Made by a program: the position numbers and the translations under genes. From the human T2T-CHM13v2.0 reference genome, Homo sapiens: a stretch of 64,000 nt of DNA. Below the pieces are notes generated by a model. The model was given only the letters and a program-made list of their open reading frames with translations, was not told the origin of the DNA and did not search any database. This document shows, piece by piece, positions 1-17,815 of this stretch. The DNA lies in assembly GCF_009914755.1 (NCBI RefSeq), contig NC_060929.1; one strand, written 5' to 3'. The first letter of the stretch is position 1; each line of letters starts with the position of its first letter.

Positions 1-1392
1 TTGGAACTTCATAGAGGCTTGGTGAATGGCTTTGACCAAAATGCTGATAGTGATATGGACAATAAAGGTCACACTGAGGTGGTCTCAGATGGAGATGAGG
101 AACTTATTGGGAACTGGAGCAAAGATGACTGTTATTATGCTTTAGCAAAGAAACTGGCGGGATTTCATCCCTGCCCTAGAGATCTGTGAAACTTTAAACT
201 TGAGAGAGATGATTCAGGGTTATTTGGTGGAAGAAATTTCCAAGCAGCACAGCATTCAAGAGGATGCAAGGCATGAAAGTTTGGAAAATTCACAGGAAAA
301 AAAAATTTCTGGGGATAAATTCAAGCTAGCTGCAGAAATTTGCATAAATAATGAGGAGTCCAATGTTAATCCCCAAGACAATGGGGAAAATGTCTCCAGG
401 GCATGTCAGCCACCTTTGTGGCAGCCCCTTCTATCACAGGCCTGGAGGCAGAGGAGAAAAAAACATGGCTTCATGGGCCCCACCCAGGGCCCCCACTTTT
501 GTGTGCAGCCTAGGAACTTGGTGCCCTGCATCCCAGCTGCTCCAGCTGTGGCTAAAAGGGGCCAAGGTACAGCTTGGGCTGTGGCTTCAGAAGGTGCAAA
601 CCCCAAGCCTTGGCAGCTTCCATGTGGTGTTGAGTCTGTAGGTGCAGAGAAGTTAAGAATTAAGGTTTGGGAACCTCTGCTTAGATTTCAGAGGATGTAT
701 GTAAGCACCTGGATGTCCAGGCAGAAGTTTGCTGCAGGGTTGGAGCCCTCGTCAAGAACATCTGCCAGGACAGCAAAGGAGGGAAATGTGGGGTCAGAGC
801 CCCCACACAGAGTCCCCAATGGAGCACTGCCTAGTGAAGCTGTGAGAAGAGGGCCACTGTCCTCTAGATCCCAGAATGGTAGATCCACTAACAGTGTGTG
901 CTGTGTCTCTGGAAAAGCTGCAGGCACTCAATGCCAGCCTGCGAAAGCAGCTGGGAGTGTGGCTGTACCCTGCAAAGCCACAGAGGCAGAGCTGACCAAG
1001 GCCATGGGAGCCCACCTCTTGCATCAGTGTGACATGGATGTGAGACATGGAGTCAAAGGAGATCATTTTGGGATTTTAAGATTTAATGACTATCCTGTTG
1101 GATTTTGGACTTCCATGGGGCCTATAGCCCCTTTGTTTGGGCCAGTTTCTCCCATTTGGAATGGGCATATATGCCCAATGCCTGTACCCTCATTATATCT
1201 AGGAATAACTAACTTGCTTTTGTTTTTATGAAGCTCCTAGGTGGAAGGGACTTGCCTTGTCTCAGATGAGACTTTGGACTTGGACCTTTGAGTTAATGCT
1301 GGAATGAGTTAAGATTTTGGAGAACTGTTGGAAGAGCATCACTGTGTTTTGAATTGTGAGAACATGAGATTTGGGAGGGGGCAGGAGTGGAG
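1..1392 (+). mobile_element. THE1 (MaLR) internal region; 5' part lies outside the window
   Basis: Typical THE1-int text (TTTGACCAAAATGCTGATAGTGATATGGACAATAAAGGTC...CAGATGGAGATGAGGAACTT), ending in a purine tract (TTTGGGAGGGGCAGGAGTGGAG) directly before the LTR. Confidence 0.92.
209..1231 (+). pseudogene. MaLR internal ORF remnant, stop-free for ~340 codons from ATG at 209
   Basis: ORF track 200..1231 lies wholly inside THE1-int; the in-frame ATG is at 209. Confidence 0.6.
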
Positions 1393-1772
1393 TGATATGG
1401 GTTGGCTGTGTCCCCACCCAAATCTCATCTTGAATTGTAGTTCCCATAATCCCCATGTGTTGTGAGAAGGGCCAGGTGGAGATAATTGAATCATGATAAT
1501 TGAATAATTGAATAATAACTGTTTCCCTTATCCTCTTCTCATGATAATGAGTTAGTTATCGTGAGATCTGATGGTTTTATAAGGGGTTTCCCCCTTCACT
1601 GGTCTCTCATTCTCTCTCCTGCCACCCTGTGAAGAGGTGCCTTCAACCATGATTGTAATTTTCCTGAGGTCTCCCCAGCCATGTGGAACTGTCAGTCAAT
1701 TAAAGCTCTTCTATTTACAAATTATCCAGTCTCGGGTATTTCTCCATAGCAGTGTGAGAACAGACTAATTCA
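1393..1772 (+). mobile_element. THE1 3' LTR (THE1D-like)
   Basis: Starts TGATATGGGTTGGCTGTGTCCCCACCCAAATCTCATCTTGAATTG and ends GAGAACAGACTAATTCA; 380 bp. Confidence 0.92.
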
Positions 1773-2794
1773 TTGCCCTAGTAGAGGTTCTCCATGAGGG
1801 CTCTGACCCTGCAGCAGGCTTATGCCTGGACACCTAGGCTTTTCAATACATCCTCTGAAATCTATGCAGAGGCTTCCAACCCTCAACCCTTGCACTCTGC
1901 AACCACAGGCTTAACACCACATGAAAGATATCAAGGCTTTCTGTTTGCACCCTCTGAAGAAGTGACCTGAGCTGTACCTAGGTCCTTTGAGCCACCACTG
2001 GAGCTGGAGTGGCTGGGATGCAGGGATCAGTGTCCTAAGGTAGGGCAGGGTGGTGGAACACTGGACCTGGACCACAAGACTATTCTTCCCTTCTAGGATT
2101 CTGGGCCTGTGATGGGAGGGGCTGCTGCTAAGGTCTCTGAAATGCCTTTGAGGCCTTTTCCCCATTGTTTTGGCTGTCAGTACTTGACTCCTCTTTACTT
2201 TTGTAAATTTCTGCAGCCCACTTGAATTCTTCCTCTGAAAACAGTCTTTTCTTTTGTACCACATGGCCAGGCTGCAAATTTTCCAATCTTTCACATTCTG
2301 TTTCCCTTTTTAATATAAGTTTCAGTTTCAGGTCATTTTTTTTGCTCACCCATATGAGCAAAAAAACTCATATGCTCACTGTTAGAAGCAGCCAGGCCAC
2401 ATCTTGAGCACTTTGCTGCTTAGAAATTTCTTCCACCAGATACCCTAAATCATCATTCTCAAGTTCAAAGTTCCACAGATCCCTAGAGCAGGAACACAAT
2501 GCAGCCAATCTCTTGGCTAACACATAACATAAGTGACCTTTGCTCCAGTTTCCAGTAAGTCCCTCATCTCCATCTTAGGCATCCTCAGCTTGGACTTCAC
2601 TGTCCATATCACTATCAACATTTTGGTGACAACAATTTAACAACTCTCTAGGAAGTTCCAAATTTTTCCTCATCTTCCTCTCTTCTTCTGAGTACTCCAC
2701 ACTTTTTCAACCTTTGCCTGTTACTCAATTCCAAAGTAGCTTCCACATTTTCGGGTATATTTATAGCAATACCCTACTCTTGATACCAATTTTC
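1773..2794 (-). mobile_element. MSTA internal region (5' part), interrupted by the THE1 element
   Basis: Reverse complement of MaLR-int; on the minus strand it begins GAAAATTGGTATCAAGAGTAGGGTATTGC right after the LTR. Confidence 0.88.
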
Positions 2795-3222
2795 TATATT
2801 AGTCTGTTCTCACATTGCTATAAAGGAATTCCTGAGACAATTTTCAAGGGCAATTTACAAGAAAAGAGGTTTAATCTGCTCATGATTCCACAGGCTGTAC
2901 AGACATCATTGTTGCTTCTGCATCTAGGGAGACCTCAGGAAACTTACAATCACGCCAGAAGGTAAAGGGGAAGCTGGTATGTCTTACATGGCTGGAATGG
3001 GAGGAAGGCAGTGAGGGAGGAGGTGCTACGCACTTTTAAAGCAACCAGATCTCATGAGAACTCACTCGCCATCATGAGAACAGCACTGAAGGGATGGTGC
3101 TAAACCATTCATGAAGGATCCACCCCCATGATTCAATCACCTTCCACCAGGACCCACCTCCAACACTGGGGATTACAATTCAACATGAGATTTGGGCAGG
3201 GACACATATCCAAACCCTATCA
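2795..3222 (-). mobile_element. MSTA 5' LTR
   Basis: TATATTAGTCTGTTCTCACATTGCTATAAAG...GGGACACATATCCAAACCCTATCA; 428 bp. Confidence 0.9.
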
Positions 3223-3711
3223 ACCATCACGGCAGTACCTCTATGAGTCTATAAGAAACACAGCATCCCTGGGCTTGTGGTGCCCCCTAAAGGAGATACA
3301 GCTTAGATCACAAAATCCAAGTTCTTTTAAATATCTGAAAAGCCCCCCCAAGAAGGACAGGTACAAATAAGCCCAGACAGTGAAGATTACAATATATACC
3401 TAACTCTTCAATACCCAGACACCAAAGAATATCTACTAGCATCAACGTCATGCAGGAAAACAAGATTTCACCAAATGAACTAAATAAATAAGGTGCCAGG
3501 GACCAACCATGTCAGATATGGGAACTTTCAGACAGAGAATTCAAAATAGCTATGTTAAGGAAACTGAAATAAATTCCAGATAACACAGAAAGGAAATTCA
3601 GAATTCTATGAGATAAATTTAACAAGGAGATTGAAATAATTTTAAAGAATCAAACAGAAATTCTGCAGCTGAAAAATGCGACTGGCATACTGAAGAATGC
3701 ACCAGAGTTTT

Positions 3712-4520
3712 GGTTTTCTTTTCCTTTTTTTATTATTATACTTTAAGTTTTAGGGTACATGTGCACAACGTGCAGGTTTGTTACATATGTATACATATGC
3801 CATGTTGGTGTGCTGCACCCATTCACTGGTCATTTAGCATTAGGTATATCTCCTAATGCTATCCCTCCCCCCTCCCCCACCCCACAACAGTCCCCGGTGT
3901 GTGATGTTCCCCTTCCTGTGTCCATGTGTTCTCATTGTTCAATTCCCACCCATGAGTGAGAACATGCAGTGTTTGGTTTTTTGTCCTTGCGATAGTTTGC
4001 TGAGAATGATGGTTTCCAGCTTCATCCATGTCCCTATAAAGGACATGAACTCTTCATTTTTTATGGCTGCATAGAATTCCATGGTGTATATGTGCCACAT
4101 TTTCTTAATCCAGTCTATCATTGATGGACATTTGGGTTGGTTACAAGTCTTTGCTATTGTGAATGGTGCCGCAATAAACATACGTGTGCATGTGTCTTTA
4201 TAGCAGCATGATTTATAATCCTTTGGGTATATACCCAGTAATGGGATGGGTGGGTCAAATGGTATTTCCAGTTCTAGATCCTTGAGGAATCGCCACACTG
4301 ACTTCCACAATGGTTGAACTAGTTTACAGTCCCACCAACGGTGTAAAAGTGTTCCTATTTCTCCATATCCTCTCTAGCACCTGTTGTTTCCTGACTTTTT
4401 ATTGATCGCCATTCTAACTGGTGTGAGATGGTATCTCATTGTGGTTTTGATTTGCATTTCTCTGATGGCCAGTGATGATGAGCATTTTTTCATGTGTTTT
4501 TTGGCTGCATAAGTGTCTTC
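3712..4520 (-). mobile_element. L1PA (PA3-PA5-like) 3' end, copy 1 (~810 bp)
   Basis: Poly-T followed by TTATTATTATACTTTAAGTTTTAGGGTACATGTGC; ORF2 C-terminal peptide at 3939-4310. Confidence 0.95.
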
Positions 4521-8704
<4,184 letters not shown>

Positions 8705-9604
8705 CAGAGTTTTTTAATAGCAGAATTTATCAAGCAGCAGAAAGAGTTTGTCAGCTTGAAGACAGGCTATTTGAAAATACACAATCAGAGGTGACCAAAA
8801 AAAAGAATAAAAAACAACAAAGCACACCTACAGAATCTAGAAAATAGCCTCAAAAGGGCAAATCTAAGAGTTATTGGCATTAAAGAGGAGGTAAAGAAAG
8901 AGACGAGTAGAAAGTTTATTCAAATAGATAGTAACGGTGAACTTCCCAAATCTAGAAAAAAATTACTATCCAAGTATGAAAAGATTATAGAACACAAAGC
9001 AGATTTAACTCAAAGAAGAATACCTCAAGGCATTTAATAATCAAACTCCCAAAGGTCAAGGATAAAGAAAGGATCCCAAAAGCCGCAGGAGAAAAGAAAC
9101 AAATATCATACAATGGAGCTCTGATATGTCAGGCAGCAGACTTTTCAGTGGAAACTTCACAGGCCAGGGGAGACTGGTGTGACATATTTAAAGTGCTAAA
9201 GAAAAAACCTTTTACCTTAAAATAGCACATTTGATGAAAATATTCTTCAAACATGAAGGAGAAATAAAGAAGTTTCCAGATAAACAAAAGCTGAGGGATT
9301 TCATCAACACCGAACCTGTAGTTCAAGAAATGCTAAAGGGAGTACTTTAATCAGAAAGAAAAGGATATTAATGGAGCAATAATCACCTGAAGGTACAGAA
9401 CTCACTGATAATAAGAAGTACACAGAAAAACACAGAATATCATAACACTGTAACTGTACTGTGTAAACTACTCTTATCCTAAGTAGGAAGACTAAATGAT
9501 AAACCAATCAAAAATAATAACTACACCAACTTTTGTAGACAAAAGACATAGACACTGCAATAAGATATAAATAGAAACAACAGAAAGTTAACAAGCAGGG
9601 GGAT

Positions 9605-9900
9605 GCTGGGTGCCGTGGCTCATGCCTGTAATCCCAGCACTTTAAGGCTGAGGTGGGCCTCTCAGGAGTTTGAGATCAGCCTGGCCAACATGGTGAAACC
9701 CCATCTCTACTAAGAATACAAAAATTAGCTGGGCATGGTGGTGTATGCTTGTAACCCTAGCTACTTGGGAGGCTGAGGAGGGAGAATGGCTTGAACCCAG
9801 GAGGCGGAGGTTGCAGTGAGCAAAGATAAAGCCACTGCACACCAGCCTGGGTGACAGAGCAAGACTCAGTCTCAAAAAAAAAAAAAAAAAAAAAAAAAAA
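9605..9900 (+). mobile_element. AluS (Sx-like) with a left-arm deletion
   Basis: Dimeric Alu with a long A tail; TSD AAGCAGGGG(G)AT. Confidence 0.93.
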
Positions 9901-10908
9901 AGCAGGGGATGAAATTAAGGATTAAGGTGTAAAGTTCTTATTAGTTTACTTTTTGCTTTACTGTTTGTTTATACCGACAGTGTTAAGTTATTATCAGGTG
10001 AAAATAATGGGTTATGAGATGATACTTGAAAGCCTCATGGTAACCTCAAACCAAAGAACATATAATAATTACACAAAAAATAAAATGCTAGAAACTAAAT
10101 CATACCACCAGATGAAATTACCTTCACTGAAGGAAGATAGGAAGGAAAGGTAGAAGGAAGAGAAAACCACAAAGCAAACGGAAGCCAATAACAAAATGGC
10201 AGGAGTAATTCCTTACTTATCAATAATAACATTGAATGTAAATAAACTAAATTCTCCAATCAAAAGACATAGACTGGCTAAATGGATGAAAAAAAACAAG
10301 ACCCACCAGTCTGTTACCTACAAAAAACACACTTCATCTGTAAAGACACACATAGACTGAAAGTACAGGAATGGAAAAAGATATCCCATACCAATAGAAA
10401 CCAAAAAATAACAGGAATCACTATACTTATATCAGGCAAAATAGATTTCAAAACAAAAACTGTAAGAAGAGACAAAGAAGGTCACTATATAATGATAAAG
10501 GGGTTAATTTAGCAAAAAGATATAACAATTTTAAGTATATATGCACCCAACACTGAAGCACCCACGTATAAAGGAAATATTAAAGAGAGAGATAAGCCCC
10601 GTTACAATAATAGCTGGAGACTTCAACACCCCACTTTCAGCATTAGACAGACAGAAAATTAACAAAGAAACATCAGACTTAATCTACACTATAGATTGAA
10701 TGAACCTAATAGACACATACAGAAGATTTCATCCTGTGGCTATAGAATACACATTCTTCCTCAGCACATGGATCATTCTCAAAGATAGACAACATGTTAG
10801 GTCACAAAACAAGTCTTAAAGCATTCAAAAAACTGAAATAATGTCAAGAATCTTCTCTGACCACAATGAAATAAAACTAGAAATTAATAAGATGAATTTT
10901 GGAAACTA

Positions 10909-11386
<478 letters not shown>

Positions 11387-11587
11387 TTATAGCTACAAGT
11401 GCCTACATTACAACTGATACTGAAGAAATTCAAAGGATAATCAGTGGCCGCAATGAGCAACTATATGCTAATAATTTGGAAAATCTAGAAGAAACGGACA
11501 AACTCCTAGACACATACAACCTACCAAGACTGAAACAAGATGAAATTCAAAGCCTAAACAGATCAACAACTGACATACATATGTATG

Positions 11588-11876
11588 TATATAGCAAGAG
11601 ATAGGAGTCTAGTTTTATTCTTGTACATATGGATACCAGTTTTCCCAGGACCATATATTGAAGAGACTGTCTTTTCCCCAGTGTATGTTCTTTGCAACTT
11701 TGTTGAAAATTAGTTCACTCTAGGTGTGTGGATTTGTTTCTGGGTTCTGTATTCTGTTCCATTGGTCTATGTGTCCTTTTTTTTTACTTTGTTTGTTTTT
11801 TCCAGTCCCATGTTGTTTTGGTTACTATAGCTTTGTAGTATAATTTAAAGTTAAGTAATGTAATTTATCTAGTTTT
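11588..11876 (-). mobile_element. Inverted L1M ORF2 fragment inside the plus-strand L1MA
   Basis: Reverse complement aligns by eye to 12097-12365. Confidence 0.85.
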
Positions 11877-13626
11877 GAAACTGAAGAGGGCATCAAAAAA
11901 TGGAAAAGTAATTAATTTTCATGTATTGGAAGAATCAATATTGTTAAAATGTCCATACTATCCAAAGCAATCTACAGATTCAATGCAATCCCTATCAAAA
12001 TACCAACAATATTCTTCACAAAAATAGAAAAAAATTCTAAAATTAATATGAAACTATGGAAGGCCCAGAATAACTAAAGCTACTCTAAGCAACAAAAACA
12101 AAGCTGGAGGATGCACATTATCTGACTTCCTATTATACTATAGAGCTATAGTAACCGAAACAGCAAGGTACTGGCATAAAAACATTCAATGAATGGAATA
12201 AGGAACCTAGAAACAAATCCACTCATCTACAGTGAACTCATTTTTCACAAAGGTGCTGAGAGTATATACTGGGGAAAAGATAGTCTTTTCAATAAATGGT
12301 GCTCAGAAAACTGGATATTCATATGCAAAGGAATGAAATTAGACTCCTGTCTCTCACAACATACAAAAATCAAATCAAAATGGATTAAAGACTTAAATCT
12401 AAGACTGCAACTATGAAACTACTACAAGTAAACATTGACAAAAATCTCCAGGACATTGGATTGGGCAAAAATTGAGCAATACCTCACAAGCACGGGCAAC
12501 TAAAGCAAAATGGACGAATGGGATTATATCAAGTTAAAAAGCTTTTGCACAGAAAAGGAAACAACCAACAAAGTGAAGAGACAAATCACAGAATGGAATA
12601 ATGTATTTTCAAACTAACCACGTGACAAGGGATTAATATCCAGAATATGTAAGGAGTTCAAACAACTCTACAGGAAAAAAAAAATCCAATAATCTGATCA
12701 AAAAGTGGGCAAAAGATTTAAATAGACATTTCTCAAAAGAAGACATACAAATGACAAATAGGCATATAAAAAGGTACTCACCAGAGAAATGCAAATCAAA
12801 ACTACAATGAGATATCATCTCACACCAGTTAAAATGGCTTATATCCAAAAGATAGACAGTAACAAATGCTAGCAAGGATGCAGAGAAAAGGGAACCCTTG
12901 TACACTGGGAAGGGTGGCAATGTAAATTAGTACAGCCACTATGGAGAACAGTTTGGAGGTTCCTCAAAAAAACTAAAAATTGAGCTACCATATGATCCAG
13001 CAATCACATTGCTAGGTATACACCTGAAAGAAAGGAAATCAGTATGTTGAAGAGATATCTGCACTCCTATGTTTGTTGTAGCACTGTTTATAATAGCTAA
13101 TACTTGGAAGCCACCTAAATGTCCATCGACAGATGAATGGATAAAGAAAGTGTGATATGTATACACAATGGAGTACTATTCAGCCATATAAAAAGAATGA
13201 GATTCATTTGCAACAACATTATGGAACTGGAGATCATTATGTTAAGTGAAATAAGCTGAGAACAGAAACACAAACATTACATGTTCTCACTTATTTGTGA
13301 GATCTAAAAGTCAAAACAATTGAACTCATGGATATAGAGAGTAGAAAGATAGTTATTAGAGGTCAGGAAGGGTATGGGGGCATGGTGAGGAAGTGAGTGT
13401 GGTTAATGGGTTAAAAAAAAGTTTTAAAAAAATGAATAAGATCTACTATTTGATAGCATAACAGGGTGACTATAGCCAATAATAACTTAATTTTACATTT
13501 TAAAATAACTCCAAGAGTATAATTGGATTGTTTGTAACTCAAACAATAAATGCTTGAGGGGATGGATACCCCATTCTCTATGATGTGCTTATTTCATATT
13601 CCATACCTGTATCAAAACATCTCATG

Positions 13627-15314
13627 GAACTGGAACAAGACAAGGATGCCCTCTTTCACCACTTCTATTCAACATAGTACTGGAAATCCTAGCCAGAGCA
13701 ATCATACAAGAAAAAGAAATAAAGGGCATCCAAATCTGTAAAGACGAAGTCAAACTGTCACTGTTTGCTGATGACATAATTGTATTCCTAGAAAACCCCA
13801 ACGAGTCGTCCAAAAAGCTCTGAGAACTGGTAAACAAATTAAGCAAAGTTACAAGATACAAAATCAAACTACACAAATCAGTAGCCCTGCTATACACCAA
13901 CAGTGACCAAGCTGAGAATCAAGAATTCAACCCCTTTTACAATAGCTGCAAAAATAAAATAAAATAAAATACTTAGGAATATACTTAACCAAGGAAGTGA
14001 AATACCTCTACAAGGAAAACTGCAAAATACTGCTGAAAGAAATCATAGATGACACAAACAAATGGAAACACATCCCATGCAATGTTGTGAAAATGACCAT
14101 ACTGCCAAAAGCAATCTACAAATTTAATGCAATTCTCATCAAAATACCACCATCATTCTTTACAGAACTAGAAAAAAAACATCCGAAAATTTATATGGAA
14201 CCAAAAAAGAGCCCACATAGCCAAAGCAAGACTAAGCAAAAAGAACAAATCTGGAGGCACCACATTACCCAACTTCAAACTATACTATAAGGCCATAGTC
14301 ACCAAAACAGCATGGTACTGGTATACAAACAGGCATATAGACCAATGGAACAGAATAGAGAACCCAGAAATAAAGCCAAATACTTACAGTCAATGGATCT
14401 TTGAAAAAGCAAATAAAAACATAAAGTGGGGAAAGGACATCCTATTTACCAAAGGTGCTCAGATAATTGACAAGCCACATGTAGACGAATGAAACTGGAT
14501 CCTCATCTCTCACCTTATACAAAAATCAACTCAAGATGGATCAAAGACTTAAATCTAAGACCTGAAACAGTAAAAATTCTACAAGATAACATTGGAAAAA
14601 CCCTTCTAGACATCTGCTGAGGCAAAGACTTCGTGACCAAGAACCCAAACGCAAACAAAAAACAAAGATAAATAGATAGGACTTAATAACTAAATAGCTT
14701 CTGCAAACCAAAAGAAAGAATCAACAGAGTAAACAGACAACTCACAAAGTGGGAGAAAATCTTTGCAATTTATACATCCAACAAAGGACTAATATCCAGA
14801 ATCTATAAGGAACTCAAACAAATCAGCAAGAAAAAAACAAACAATTCCATCAAAAAGTGGGCTAAGGACATGAACGGACAATTCTCAAAAGAAGATATGC
14901 AAATGGCCAACAAACATATGAAAAAATGCTCAACATCATTAATGATCAGAGAAATGCAAATCAAAACCACGATGCGATACCACCTTACTCCTGCAAGAAT
15001 GGCCATAATCAAAAAATCAAAAAATAATAGATGTCAGCATGGATGTGGTGAAAAGAGAACACTTTTACACTGTTGGTGGGAGTGTAAACTATGTACAACC
15101 ACTATGGAAAACAGTGTGGAGATTCCTTAAAGAACCAAAAGTAGATCTACCATTTGATCCACCAATCCCACTACTGGGTATCTACTCAGAGGAAAAGAAG
15201 TCATTATATGAAAAAGATACTTGCACACACATGTTTATAGCAGCACAACTCACAACTTCAAAAATGTGGAACCAGCCCAAATGCCCATCAATCAACAAGT
15301 GGATAAACAAAATG

Positions 15315-15360
<46 letters not shown>

Positions 15361-15715
15361 CCACACCATGGAATACTACTCAGCCATAAAAAGGAAAAAA
15401 ATAATGGCATTCGCAGCAACCTGGATGAAATTGGAGACAGTTATTCTAAGTGAAGTAACTCAGGAATGGAAAACCAAACATCATATGTTCTCTTTCATAA
15501 GTGGGATGCAAAGGCATAGGCATGATACAATGGATTTGGGGGACTTGGGGGAAAAGGTGGGAGGGGGTGAGGGATAAAAGATTATACACTGGGTACAGTG
15601 TACACTGCTCAGGTGATGGGTGGACCAAAATCTCAGAAATCACCACTGAAGAATGTATTCATATAAACAAACACCATCTGTTCTCCAAAAACCTATTGAA
15701 ATATTTTAAAGGAGA
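13627..15715 (+). mobile_element. L1PB (PB1/PB2-like), 5'-truncated, inserted in the L1MA 3' UTR
   Basis: ORF2 3' half plus PB-type 3' UTR (GTACACTGCTCAGGTGATGGG...AATCACCACTGAAGAA); degenerate TSD AAAACATCTCATG / AAAACCTCTCATG. Confidence 0.9.
15321..15357. repeat. (TA)n microsatellite within the L1PB
   Basis: Direct reading. Confidence 0.97.
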
Positions 15716-16894
15716 AAAAAACCTCTCATGTACCCCATAAATATATATACCTGCTTTGTACCCACAAAATTAAAAATTAAAAAAAGATATTCAAGCTTGA
15801 CTCTGGCATCCAAGTTTCATTTATACTCCAAGTTTCATGCCTCTCATAAAGGCATCCCATGTCTGTTTGATTAATGTTGAGTGGAGGGGCTAATAATAAC
15901 AGTTCTTGGTGTGTCTCAAAACATCACTCTTCAGCTGCTTCCAGTTAGATTATAAACAACAGAACTGGTTGGCATTTTAGAATGAGAAAAAGTTCAAGGT
16001 AAATGTAAACTCACACACACATACATTAAAGTGATACTATATCTTCTCTTTTTTTTTCTATTTTTGATAGACTTGGTAAAACTGCTCCTACCCAAATTTA
16101 ACAAATTTCAATCAAGACATAAGCAATTCTCTAACAAAGAAGGGAAAGAACTTTGACCTATCTTAACTAAATCCATCATAGCTCCAAAATAGAATATTTT
16201 TCTTTGCCCAACATGGCAAGTTTCAGGGAGCACCAGGGCCCCGGAAAACAATCTACTTGGGTGAAGCAGAAACAGTTTGTTTCATGTCAACAGTTTGCTT
16301 AGCTTGCTGTAGGAAGAATTCAGAGGCATACATGGATTGGGAGAAATGTGTCCCGCCTCCCATGGGAATGCAGATATGCAGAGCGGAGAATGTAACTCCA
16401 CATATTAAAACAAGCTCCTCCTGGTATTTGGGAATCTGCCTCTTGCTGCTTAATACAGACTCTGTTCTCACACCCCAGGCTGGGACCTTCATCTGGGATG
16501 CCAAGGGACAGGACCTTTGTGGGACATTTGAGTCCTATTGTAGGAGGTTAGTCGAGAAAGTTCATTTTTCTGGTTTTGCAAGAACACATGGGACTAAAGG
16601 CTAGGCTGGTTGTTTGGACAGACCCCATCAGTTTTGTTCTTTGGCCCCCAGCTGCCTGAAGAGGCTTTTGAAAGCATCATCTCTGGGACTCAGCAAACGA
16701 GAAGCACAAGTGATGTCTTGCTTCCTGTTAGTTGGCCTGAAACCACCCTGCTGTCTTCCAGTTGACCCTGCTTGTCTCTCCAGCCAAGATTGTTCCTTAC
16801 TTTTCCAACAACATCATGTGTCTTCTATCCCTCTTTTTCAGTCCTACAAGTGAGACAATACTTTTCCTATGGTATGTGGAGGTCTCCAACATTG

Positions 16895-17085
16895 GAGCAA
16901 CTGTATTAAGCACTTTGTTTACATCTACTATTGACTCATAAATACTCACAATAGTCCTAAAAGATAAGTGTTATTGTAACTTTCTTTTGCAAATGAGGAC
17001 AGTGAGGTCAGATAAACCAGAGATCCATATTACAGGGGCAGAAGCGAGAATCCAACCCAGCTCTGGCTGACTCTCCAGACAGACG
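16895..17085 (-). mobile_element. MIR
   Basis: Core TTTGCAAATGAGGACAGTGAGGTCAGA. Confidence 0.7.
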
Positions 17086-17624
17086 CTTACCAGCATGCTA
17101 ACTGACCCTTTACCTCCTAGTGGGCAATTCCACAGACGTTGACTGTGCTATATTGTGCTGGCCTTCTGGGGACATAATGAGAGATGGGACACTGTCCCTT
17201 AAGAAGCTTTCGGGCATTACTTGAAACACTGATTTGGAGCAAGGGGCTTGTATCCAGCTGAAAATTTCTTCCTGATCAAAAAAAAAAAATGCTTCCACTC
17301 CTGAGTAGGATCCAGAGCCAGCCTTAAATGTGCTATGAATGCTTCTTGCCAAGCACCTGCAGATGCCTCCCCAAAGGCATGGCATGCCTTTGTTAGAGAT
17401 GTGGGCCTTTGGGCAAAGGCACCTGTGACAGCACTCAGCACAGAGTCTTGGGAGTCTCCTGTGGCCTAAGCCAACTTTACCCTAGTCCCCAGAGAAGCAA
17501 ACGCTGAGTCTACACAGACACACGGATGGAGGGTTTGCAACCAGCCTTGAAAAGGCATCTATTGAGTCCTGAGTATGATTTGGGGAACAATGTAGGGAGG
17601 GCAGAAAGGTCCCCAGTAAAAACA

Positions 17625-17815
17625 TTGCCTCTGGGGAGGGTGGAATGAGAGTGACTGCTTCATAGGTATATTCTCCCTTGGGGGTGATGGAAATGTTGAG
17701 AATTAGAGCTGATGGTTGCACAACATTGCGAATGTATTAAACCGCCACCAAAATGCACACTTTAAGAGGGTTAATTTTATATGATATTAGTTTTACCTTG
17801 ATTTTTAAAAAAAGT
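17625..17815 (+). mobile_element. L1MB-like 3' end fragment
   Basis: GGGGGTGATGGAAATGTT...GATGGTTGCACAACATTGCGAATGTA, followed by an A-rich end. Confidence 0.75.

Noticed and set aside
3864-3885. G-quadruplex-forming tract (also at ~4683-4700)
   Set aside because: A normal feature of the L1PA 3' UTR.
16253-16853. Cluster of short ORFs in unique sequence
   Set aside because: No recognisable protein similarity or consistent splice frame; lengths are within chance expectation.
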